The notes under the pieces: generated by a model
Told to the model about the DNA's origin: nothing
Databases searched by the model: none
What the model saw: only the letters and a program-made list of their open reading frames with translations
Part shown: in pieces, positions 1 through 7,446 of the stretch
How the letters are laid out: the number at the start of each line of letters is the position of its first letter
Numbering within the stretch: the first letter of the stretch is position 1
Translations under genes and position numbers: made by a program
Virus record (IMG/VR): IMGVR_UViG_3300044621_002455
Length of the DNA: 64,000 nt
Origin: an uncultured virus (IMG/VR IMGVR_UViG_3300044621_002455)
Lineage: Duplodnaviria; Heunggongvirae; Uroviricota; Caudoviricetes
Direction: 5' to 3' (one strand)

Positions 1-91
1 CGGAATCAATAGCCTTGTAAGCGGCGTGATATTCGTTCCAAAGGGTTTTGCCGCCAGTGCCGTTGAGAGTGATGGTGGGGATGGTTGCCAT
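1..91 (-). CDS. hypothetical early protein, N-terminal part (runs off the window start)
   Basis: ATG at 91 gives MATIPTITLNGTGGKTLWNEYHAAYKAID; a TATTGT -10-like element lies at 114-119 (minus strand). Confidence 0.6.
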   Translation of the reverse strand, partial: MATIPTITLNGTGGKTLWNEYHAAYKAIDS

Positions 92-125
92 GGTTTGAGG
101 CGCGAACAAGGGAACAATACAAAAG

Positions 126-147
126 AAAGGGGCCTGATGGCCCCTTT
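126..147. terminator. GC-rich hairpin, likely intrinsic terminator
   Basis: AAAGGGGCC-TGAT-GGCCCCTTT with A/T tails, just past the stop of ORF 159-350. Confidence 0.6.
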
Positions 148-158
148 GTCACAAAGCT

Positions 159-350
159 TTACAAAGACAAAAGTCGCTTGATGTCGCGCTCAACGTTCTT
201 CAGGCTATGCCTGTCTGTCGTGCTTTTGCTGCAGACAAGCATTTTGCCAGAAGAATGCTTAAAAACATAATGCTTTGTTTGTCTATGCAAAACAAAGTCA
301 TGCTTTTTAACAAGCGCAAACAATTCTCGTCTATTGTCTTTAAGCGCCAT
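159..350 (-). CDS. HicA-like (dsRBD-fold) small protein
   Basis: 63 aa, RELFALVKKHDFVLHRQTKHYVFKHSSGKMLVCSKS...LKNVERDIKR resembles the HicA pattern including the conserved His. Confidence 0.5.
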   Translation of the reverse strand: MALKDNRRELFALVKKHDFVLHRQTKHYVFKHSSGKMLVCSKSTTDRHSLKNVERDIKRLLSL

Positions 351-556
351 TAAAGCACTTTCCAAATGTCATCTTGCAAAGCATCTGCAAGCGTGATTAA
401 CAAGTCTTTCTTGCTTTTATAAGCGGGCTTATTAACGCGGGAAAGAATAAAAGAGCGAGCAGAAGAACGATCATTGGAACTATAGTCTTGCCATTTATGC
501 TTGGCATTGTCGGAAACCATTTTGGCAATGGCTTGTTGCGTTTTTGTAAGAGGCAT
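350..556 (-). CDS. hypothetical protein
   Basis: 68-aa ORF tightly coupled to its neighbours. Confidence 0.65.
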   Translation of the reverse strand: MPLTKTQQAIAKMVSDNAKHKWQDYSSNDRSSARSFILSRVNKPAYKSKKDLLITLADALQDDIWKVL

Positions 557-559
557 GGT

Positions 560-766
560 TCAGAGATTTCGGGAGTGGATGTAAAAAGACAGGGTTTTAA
601 TGCGAGCTTCCAATGCGCCAATGTAATTAAACAGGCGCTCAAGCATCACGCCGTCTTCTTCCATTAGCTCTTCTGCTACTGGTCGCCCTTCGGGGAGTAA
701 ATACCGAGAAAATAGCACTCTGTCTCTGTTTGACATGCGTGGCTTGTTTTTGCGAAAGAAGCGCAT
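560..766 (-). CDS. hypothetical protein
   Basis: 68-aa ORF with operon spacing (3 nt gaps). Confidence 0.6.
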   Translation of the reverse strand: MRFFRKNKPRMSNRDRVLFSRYLLPEGRPVAEELMEEDGVMLERLFNYIGALEARIKTLSFYIHSRNL

Positions 767-769
767 TGT

Positions 770-1048
770 TCAGAAGACGAGGGTTTGTCCGTTGGCTTTG
801 ATGCTTGTCACGCGCTCGCAATCAAACGAGCGCCAGGCACCTTGCCCTTCTTTGCGAGCAATGGAGAAATCACGACAACGAACAATGCTTGGCTTTTTGA
901 TTGCCGTGCCCGTTCCTTTGATTTCCTTGGTGTCCCAAGGATTAAATTGAAGCTTGCGCAGGGAACCGTCTGCCTTAACGAATTCCACTGAAACAATGCT
1001 GTGACCAGCATTGAAGATGAACTGTTTAATGCGGGAGGTTTTGTCCAT
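770..1048 (-). CDS. SH3/WYL_2-like (DUF2693-like) beta-barrel protein
   Basis: VSVEFVKADGSLRK...D...GAWRSFDCERV motif typical of phage SH3-barrel proteins. Confidence 0.55.
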   Translation of the reverse strand: MDKTSRIKQFIFNAGHSIVSVEFVKADGSLRKLQFNPWDTKEIKGTGTAIKKPSIVRCRDFSIARKEGQGAWRSFDCERVTSIKANGQTLVF

Positions 1049-1130
1049 GAGGAGCCTGTCGCCAGGGGGAGTATGGAAGAGGAAGAAAGGGGGAGCCTCT
1101 TGTGAAGCTCCTTTCCCATCGACCGAAGGA

Positions 1131-1160
1131 ACTATAGGCTCAGTTGAGCGGGGCTGTCAA
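1131..1160 (-). promoter_or_regulatory. sigma70-type promoter
   Basis: Minus strand TTGACA (1155-1160), 18 nt spacer, TATAGT (1131-1136). Confidence 0.7.
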
Positions 1161-1329
1161 GCCTTGGCACGGGGAAGCCGTTGACAATGCGGCAGTAGCG
1201 CTCAGGATGCAGGAGCATGCACTTCTCCAGGCCTTCCTTGTTGGGCAGCACGTTAGGGGAAGCTGCAATGGCAAAGGCACCTAGGCCAAAGATGAGGCTC
1301 ACCAGCAGGAATGAAGCTGCGTCTTTCAT
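1132..1329 (-). CDS. small membrane/secreted protein
   Basis: Hydrophobic N-terminus, then C...HPERYC motif. Confidence 0.6.
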   Translation of the reverse strand: MKDAASFLLVSLIFGLGAFAIAASPNVLPNKEGLEKCMLLHPERYCRIVNGFPVPRLDSPAQLSL

Positions 1330-1676
1330 GGCTTTGAAATGCAGATGGACGCTTCGCCCTGGGAAGGGGAAGCAATGCGAGAGAAGCTGCCGTAGGACAG
1401 GTCCAGAATGCGGCCTCCGTAGTATGGACCTCTGTCCGTGATTGTCACCGTCACTGACTTTCCATTGTTACGATTCTTCACACGCAATTGCGTGCCGAAT
1501 GGAAGCCATGGGTGGGCAGCAGTAAGAGCGTGGGCATCAAAGCGAGAGCCATTTGCTGCTCGTTGACCGTGATAGCCATCGCCAATGCCATAGTGCGAGG
1601 CAATGCCACATTGGAGCGTTGCTGCTTGCGCCTGGAAGGGGCAGAGCAGCAGGAGAGAGAAAAGGAAACGTTTCAT
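1326..1676 (-). CDS. rlpA: RlpA-like (DPBB) lytic transglycosylase with signal peptide
   Basis: Signal peptide MKRFLFSLLLL; ASHYG..YHGQRAANGSRFD...TAAHPWLPFGT...V.ITDRGPY..GRILDLS are classic RlpA motifs; start reassigned to ATG 1676. Confidence 0.85.
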   Translation of the reverse strand: MKRFLFSLLLLCPFQAQAATLQCGIASHYGIGDGYHGQRAANGSRFDAHALTAAHPWLPFGTQLRVKNRNNGKSVTVTITDRGPYYGGRILDLSYGSFSRIASPSQGEASICISKP

Positions 1677-2045
1677 CAAGAAGAACAAAAGAACTAGCGA
1701 GGGCCATGCCGTCTCCGACAAGGCAATGCCCATTGTGCCATGAAACTGCTCGTTGCTGCCGAACGGACTCAGCGTGTTATGATTTCTAGGCATTCGGTCC
1801 TAGCGGCTTAATTGCTGCTCTCGTCTTTGGGCGAGCCGTGAGGGTGGACGCCTCTGATGATGCGGGCAAAGCCGTATGGCTTAGCCAAGGAGTTTTTGCA
1901 TGGTCTCCTGCGAGGCGCGTCATCTCCCTACGCAACTGATGGGAAACTGGGGTATCGGAGGATGTAAAGAAGAAGGGCCTAACGGCCCTTTTTCTTTTGC
2001 CTATACAAAGCCAGCTAGACTCGCGCAATACAAGACCAGCCGATC

Positions 2046-2213
2046 ATGAAGCTTTCTGCAGAGCAGGAAAGGGAAAGGCTTAAGCGATGGATGGCGAGCG
2101 GGGAGGTTTATGACCCTCGTAATGAACCAGATTACGATACGTTTGAATATGCCACTGAACCATTGCCTGGTGATACTACGTGGGCAAAGAAAAAGCCCCT
2201 TGAGGGGCTTTAG
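2046..2213 (+). CDS. hypothetical protein (55 aa, below the ORF-track cut-off)
   Basis: MKLSAEQERERLKRWMASGEVYDPRNEPDYDTFEY...; TAGACT -10 at 2016-2021; ends in the hairpin AAAAAGCCCCT-TG-AGGGGCTTT. Confidence 0.55.
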   Translation: MKLSAEQERERLKRWMASGEVYDPRNEPDYDTFEYATEPLPGDTTWAKKKPLEGL

Positions 2214-2279
2214 CAGGATTCTTGATAAATGGCGTTTATTGGAAATCCTGATAATTAGCAAAACTCTCAGTGGGCTTGA

Positions 2280-2510
2280 CTAGTGCTGGATCGGTGTAAA
2301 TGACAGTTCAAACCACTCACCATCGCTGTTGCAATAAAAGAGATGAGGCGGTTCTGATTCTTGCCATACAAGCTGATTGCGGCAATCCTTGTCAAATTCC
2401 CAAGGCGGATTGATGTTTCGTCGAAGCCTGTAAATGCCTCCATTGGGTAAAGCTGGGTGGTTCAGGCGGATGCCCTCGGCGCCGTCAAAGCCTGCTTCTT
2501 GTGGGTTCAT
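2280..2510 (-). CDS. hypothetical protein (putative cassette gene)
   Basis: 76-aa ORF bounded by core sites. Confidence 0.65.
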   Translation of the reverse strand: MNPQEAGFDGAEGIRLNHPALPNGGIYRLRRNINPPWEFDKDCRNQLVWQESEPPHLFYCNSDGEWFELSFTPIQH

Positions 2511-2525
2511 TAGTTGATCGGACTA

Positions 2526-2720
2526 CTAAGGCAAAGAGATGCGTTCAACACGGCGCACTTCCAGTAAGTGCGGACCATCTTCGGAATAGACGGCTAAGTA
2601 ATGCTGCCCTTCATCCCAGGCTTGCTCCAGGGTTGGAGCTGTACCGCCTGCCTGCTCTTCGCCGTTATCGTCAAGCACCGAGAACTCGTAACTGGTGTCA
2701 AACACTGTGCAGTCAGTCAT
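2526..2720 (-). CDS. hypothetical acidic protein (putative cassette gene)
   Basis: 64-aa ORF bounded by core sites. Confidence 0.7.
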   Translation of the reverse strand: MTDCTVFDTSYEFSVLDDNGEEQAGGTAPTLEQAWDEGQHYLAVYSEDGPHLLEVRRVERISLP

Positions 2721-2741
2721 AAAGAATAGAAGTGATGTTGA

Positions 2742-3101
2742 CTAATCGGGCAGGGATTCAAGAGCTTGCTTAATGGTTTCAAGGTCTTGGTGAAACTCTC
2801 TAGTGTCATCAGCGCCTGTGGCTATGGCATAGAGGGCACCTAGCGCCTGCTCCTTCAAGCTCGGCGGCTTGGGGCGGCGGGCGGCGCGGAGTTTGGTTCC
2901 ATGCCCCCAGCCAGTGCCAAGTTCACAGTTCAGCAACTCACAGCACGCCTCCAGCTCCTGATCAGCGCCCCAGCGGGCGGATTGGGTGGCAAGAGCAAGC
3001 TCAACATCGCTTACTTCACCAGTAACGGTGGCACCGAAGTAGGTGCCAAGCCACTGCTGTACAAGCTCAGGCGGCGGAGTGATTGGGTGTCGTTGAGTCA
3101 T
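2742..3101 (-). CDS. hypothetical cyanophage protein (HPITPPPELVQQW family; putative cassette gene)
   Basis: 119 aa with PITPPPELVQQW, WGADQELEACC and RRPKPPSLKEQAL blocks, which I recall from small cyanophage ORFs. Confidence 0.75.
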   Translation of the reverse strand: MTQRHPITPPPELVQQWLGTYFGATVTGEVSDVELALATQSARWGADQELEACCELLNCELGTGWGHGTKLRAARRPKPPSLKEQALGALYAIATGADDTREFHQDLETIKQALESLPD

Positions 3102-3126
3102 TGGTGAACCTCGTAGTGTGTAGAAC

Positions 3127-4043
3127 TTAGGTGGATTTAAAACTGTCTTTAAACTCTTGCCATCCTTCTTCTAGTTGTTTGTCTGCCCATCCCCAGACAC
3201 CGTGTTCCATGCCATCAATGTTGGCTGCATCAATCTCTTGTTTAATGAGGTGACGCAAATGATCAAGTTGTTCTTCAGTCATGGTTGGTCTCCATTTTTT
3301 TAATACGTTTGTGCATTTGCCATAACAAGATCATCAATGATTCTGTATCAAGTTGAGAAGCGTGACTCCCTTGCCAGTACGCAAACTGCTCAACAAATCT
3401 GTAGTAGTCATCTGGAAGATCAGATTCATCTGTAATGCGAGCCAAAAGAAAAGACATGGAGAGTGTCCATTGGTTAAATGGAAGTGATGAGACGATAGCG
3501 CTTAAGGATTTCCTCTTGCTCTTTTTCTCGCCAGTACTGAAGCCTGCGCTCAAGCTTTGCCGTGGCAAGTTGCATTACGCTTCGCTTGTCGTGGTCCCAA
3601 TCAAGCTCAGAATGATTGGCCAAAGAGCTGCTCGTAGGCATGAGAGAGAGCGCGAAATTTCCTAAGATGATGATCCCTATCTTTCGCCAACAATTCCGCG
3701 AGATCTTTAACGAGCTGGTCGCCATTGTCATTGTCAAAGTATTCAAAAATAGCGTCCGTAAGTGTGTCTTTGGGCGTGCTCACAGTTGACCTCCTTTGAT
3801 GGCGTTGTTGTAGTTCATCAGATATTCTTCAAAATCAGCGCCAGTGGGAGCTTCTTTACAAAGCTCTTCATGATTCTCCTTGAGCATTTCCAAGCTCACG
3901 ACAAAAGCACAACGAATGCGATCCAGGGCAAGCTGTTGCACGAGATTGGGCTCTTCATCAATAGCCTTTTCAATGGTGCAAATGTATTCCTGCAGATCTT
4001 CCATGGAAAAACTGCGAGTGATCATGGGGCTACCAAAGCTCAT
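3127..4043 (-). CDS. cluster of four small hypothetical genes (about 3127-3282, 3275-3457, 3474-3746, 3780-4043)
   Basis: Closely spaced or overlapping minus-strand ORFs with acidic, protein-like composition; starts uncertain. Confidence 0.5.
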
Positions 4044-4203
4044 GGCCAGATCACCATCCTTGAAGGCAGAAATGGGATGGTTTGGCAGCAGGCGATTAAA
4101 TGTGGTGGTCACGATGGAAAGACGGAGGACTAGCGACGTTCGCCGTCGCATGAGCAAAGTATGCCAGCAAAAGGCCCCCATCAAGGGGGCTGTTAATAAA
4201 TCG

Positions 4204-4626
4204 TTACAAAGGCCTGATTGGCTGTCGCAATGCCTGCGTGGCAATACTGAGATTCTTCTGGCACGGCAAAGGTTGTTCCCTCCATTTCGTGGCAATGGCA
4301 TGGCAAGCGCCCATAGGCTCCAGCTCAGCATGCCTGAAGGCGCGGTCCAGGAGGATTTGATAAGCCTGGCGCTTTGGCTTGCTCAGAGGCTCTTCTGGCT
4401 CCTCGATGTTGGTGCGAGCAAAGTCGGCCAGTTCCGTAATATCATCCAGCTCGTTCGTGGCAATAACGAAATGCCTGCCCTTGGCTTGAGCCTTACGCCA
4501 TGCTGGATGAATGGGAGGCTCTTCCATTGCTAACGCCTTCACGTCTTCTTGAAGTTGAGGCGGAATGCAAATGTGTACCATCCGATGCAGTGAATGCTCT
4601 TCAACAAAAGAGAGCTGGATGTCCAT
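4204..4626 (-). CDS. hypothetical protein
   Basis: 140-aa ORF. Confidence 0.65.
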   Translation of the reverse strand: MDIQLSFVEEHSLHRMVHICIPPQLQEDVKALAMEEPPIHPAWRKAQAKGRHFVIATNELDDITELADFARTNIEEPEEPLSKPKRQAYQILLDRAFRHAELEPMGACHAIATKWREQPLPCQKNLSIATQALRQPIRPL

Positions 4627-4628
4627 GG

Positions 4629-4969
4629 TTAGGCGAAACGAAACTGTCCGAAATTAAAGGAGCGTGAACCAATGGTGATTTTGCTTTCACCAAAGCCGTC
4701 ATACATTGTGCCAAGGAGAAAGCTATTCCTCCATTGGAAACAAAATTGTCCTAGGCGGAGATGGCCAGTGGCATCAGTACAATGGAAAGAGAGAGTCATA
4801 GTTGAGGATCCTCAGGAAGCGGGGGAATTTCTTCGATGAGGGCAATCTTCACATCAGGGCGCATTGCAAGAATGAAATGCTCTGCTTGCTTTGCTGAAAT
4901 TGCCCCAAGGGCAATTTTCTTCCCGTCTGACATTGTTATGCAAAAGGTACGGCAAGTAGCAGCCATTAC
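4629..4969 (-). CDS. two small hypothetical genes (4629-4799, 4796-4969)
   Basis: 56- and 57-aa ORFs coupled by overlapping stop/start codons, read by hand. Confidence 0.5.
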
Positions 4970-5391
4970 CAACTTTCCTCCTCAAGCTCTTCAAGGATGT
5001 GTTGACTGAGCGTTTTTTCAAGCATGGGCTTCCATCCGCCGTCGCCTCCAATGCTATTGATTTCTGAAAGGAGATGGAGGGCATCAGCAACGCGAGTGGC
5101 GTCCATCAGACAGCTACAGGCCATACTTGGCTCCTCGCCAATCAGCTCCTCGAACATGCCAATGTGCAGCTCAAACCATTTACCAAGACAGAACAGGGCA
5201 ATCTGCCTGTAGGTTTCGTCGCCATGCTTCTGGAGCATGGATTCAATGGTGGCGGCCAGCTTGGGAGGAATACCTACTGTGCCATGGTCCTGCAGGCCAG
5301 GGGAGATTGAAGAGGCAATAGCTTGGCGCTTGCCGTCTTTGGCGGCTACGGCCTGGCGCAGGAATTGATCAACGGAATCAAACTGGTCCAA
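4966..5391 (-). CDS. hypothetical protein
   Basis: 141-aa ORF. Confidence 0.65.
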   Translation of the reverse strand: MDQFDSVDQFLRQAVAAKDGKRQAIASSISPGLQDHGTVGIPPKLAATIESMLQKHGDETYRQIALFCLGKWFELHIGMFEELIGEEPSMACSCLMDATRVADALHLLSEINSIGGDGGWKPMLEKTLSQHILEELEEESW

Positions 5392-5437
5392 TGCAAGGGA
5401 AGCATTTCGCTAATAATGGCCCCTTGTGGGGCCATTG

Positions 5438-6193
5438 TCAATAATCATCTTCATTAATTGTTTGTAAAGGCATGGTTTCAGGAATGGGCTCACTTTCTGG
5501 CTCAGCATCAAAGCTGATGGTCTCAGCAGACGCAAGGAGAGAATTGCCACGTCGTTCTTCCGTTGCCTTGGCTTCCTTTTCTTTTTCAATGGTCGAAGAC
5601 AAGTCTTTTAGGAAGGTTCGGTAGGAAGTGTCTTGGTTTTCTACGGGCTTGATTTCGTTAAGGCCCAAGAGCTTTGCTTGCTCAACCAGGGAGTTTTTGG
5701 CCACGTTAAGGAACGAAGCATCACCAGCACTTTCTTCTATCTTTACCATTTCCTTTCCGCCATCGTCACCACCGTCCATGATGGTTACTGTCTTCTTGCG
5801 CTTGCTGGTTTCAAAGCTTGCTAATGCAAGATCTTTAAGGTCCATTTGCTCTTTCAACAAACGAGCCCTATGCGTGTCTTGATTCTTGAGAATTTCCTGC
5901 GTATAAAGATCTCTGTTGAAATGCCTATCTCCATTAACTGTTTCCTTACTTAGTTTTAGTACATTCGCAATCTGACGATTGCTCATCTTCGCTGCCAATA
6001 ATTCTTGCACCATCCACCGCCTTACGCCAAGCATTTCTTTGGTATAAATGCCAGCACCATGCGTGCCGCCCTTTGATTTATGTTCGCGGATGGCTTCGTA
6101 TTGCGTAATTGGCACGCCTGCTTTTGTTAAAGCTTTCCTTGCATAAGCCTCTTCTTCTTCAGGCGTGGCGAATTCAATTTCTGGACGAGGCAT
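5438..6193 (-). CDS. HTH protein, probable terminase small subunit
   Basis: HTH LAAKMSNRQIANVLKLSKETVNGD, then a helical region and GDASFL...EQAKLLGL, a pattern seen in TerS-like proteins. Confidence 0.5.
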   Translation of the reverse strand: MPRPEIEFATPEEEEAYARKALTKAGVPITQYEAIREHKSKGGTHGAGIYTKEMLGVRRWMVQELLAAKMSNRQIANVLKLSKETVNGDRHFNRDLYTQEILKNQDTHRARLLKEQMDLKDLALASFETSKRKKTVTIMDGGDDGGKEMVKIEESAGDASFLNVAKNSLVEQAKLLGLNEIKPVENQDTSYRTFLKDLSSTIEKEKEAKATEERRGNSLLASAETISFDAEPESEPIPETMPLQTINEDDY

Positions 6194-6199
6194 TGTTTA

Positions 6200-6857
6200 T
6201 TATTTTGCTCCTCGCATTGTATCCCCTTTTCCATGGAGAGTACGAACAAACAATTCAGTGAAACGTTCCATGCGAGAAGCCACGACAGTGGCGGGACCAT
6301 CATCTATAGCTTTCTTGAGCATGCAAAGCTCTTCCCACTCAGAGTCAGACAATGGCACGATGATTTCCATAGTTAAGCAAAGGGGCGCATAAAGCGCCCC
6401 GTTTCTCCACAATCAATGATACTGCCAGAAGGCTTTTTCTAGCAAATCATCAAAATCGTTTAGCTTTTTAGGGCAATACTTTCGGACAAATTCTTCCATT
6501 TCTTTATGGAAGCTATCGACAATTTCTGCATAGGCAGCATCTAGTCCACGAGCGTCCATTTCATGCTCAGCTTCGCGCTCATAAGCGAGAGCCATGCAAT
6601 CTTTTGGATTGGTGCAAAATTCACGCATTAGCCTGCTCCTGAGTGGCGAAGCCATTATCAATTAATTGCTTGATTTCATGCAAGCTAGAGCGCCAATGGC
6701 GCTCGCCATTCTCATCCCTTGCTCCATAAAGAGTTCGGGCCGCTGGTTGCGGCCCTTTGCTTGGCTTTGAAAAACCATGATGGACAATAGGCAAAATTTC
6801 TGCCCCATTGTGCTCTAGGAGGGGAAGCTTGTCTACTGGTTGAGGCGGAAGAAGCAT
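6200..6857 (-). CDS. three small hypothetical genes (about 6200-6370, 6413-6600, 6621-6857)
   Basis: Consecutive minus-strand ORFs; TAACAT -10-like element near 6880. Confidence 0.55.
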
Positions 6858-6885
6858 TGCGCTGGTAGATTCCTTTGCAATGTTA

Positions 6886-7154
6886 AGAGCGTTTTAGACG
6901 ATTGAAGGTTGTTTATGCCTTTTGTCTAGAACGTTCCGCCTTTGGGGCTCCACTATGTCTTGAACGGCATTGCGGAGGTTTGAGGCATCGTCAGGCTTTT
7001 GATCGTTTTGTTAGGTGATCTTGGCCTGATGATTGAACGCTCCGCCCTGGGGGGCTACGCTTGCCCTCGCTGGCCAGGCAGCTTAGGCTTGGTAGCTCCC
7101 TCATGCCCCGCTGAGCATGTCTGGATGCACGCGGGACATTCCGGAACCAGTTTA
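6886..7154 (+). other. non-coding structured element with G-T wobble hairpins and a 27-nt motif shared with 61606-61632
   Basis: 15-bp stem GAGCGTTTTAGACGA/TTGTCTAGAACGTTC and a second long stem at about 6972-7046, both needing G-T pairs on the plus strand. Confidence 0.55.
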
Positions 7155-7234
7155 CAGCCCCCCGCCAAATTTCCACAAGAGGGCCGATGGGGAAACTGGC
7201 ACGCGCAAAAAAATGGGGCCATCAGGCCCCTTTT

Positions 7235-7348
7235 TCATTCCTCTTCGTCTTCGTAGTCTTCTTCCAGATCATCCTCAAAAATTTCGGGAGCTTCTTCGAC
7301 GATGGGAAGAGAAGCAGCACTTTCGCTGTTGTCAAAAATTAGTTTCAT
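7235..7348 (-). CDS. very acidic 37-aa micropeptide
   Basis: MKLIFDNSESAASLPIVEEAPEIFEDDLEEDYEDEEE; TAGTAT -10 at 7372-7377; terminator hairpin at 7214-7235. Confidence 0.5.
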   Translation of the reverse strand: MKLIFDNSESAASLPIVEEAPEIFEDDLEEDYEDEEE

Positions 7349-7446
7349 AATTTTATGAGCGCTTTCTGTTTATACTAGAAAAAGCTGCTCGCTACGGTAG
7401 GCAGCGGGGAGGCTAGCAATAGAGCCTCCCTCCTATTGCGAGACAG

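Larger units (their letters stand above)
2268..3128. repeat. four putative recombinase core sites (WAGW-N7-WCTW type) separating three consecutive small genes
   Basis: Plus strand CAGT-GGGCTTG-ACTA 2268-2282, TAGT-TGATCGG-ACTA 2511-2525, AAGT-GATGTTG-ACTA 2730-2744, TAGT-GTGTAGA-ACTT 3114-3128; each overlaps or abuts a stop codon. Confidence 0.65.

Noticed and set aside
1740..1780. c-di-AMP (ydaO) riboswitch in the rlpA leader, suggested by CGCTGAGTCC
   Set aside because: The downstream conserved GGGGGA and CAGCTAA blocks of the aptamer are not present
2001..2261. Minus-strand 86-aa ORF from the track
   Set aside because: The opposite-strand 55-aa ORF at 2046-2213 has a promoter, a terminator and more protein-like composition
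3482..4132. Additional core sites at 3482-3496 and 4119-4132
   Set aside because: Only one half-site matches or the spacer is 6 nt, and neither is at a stop codon; compatible with chance
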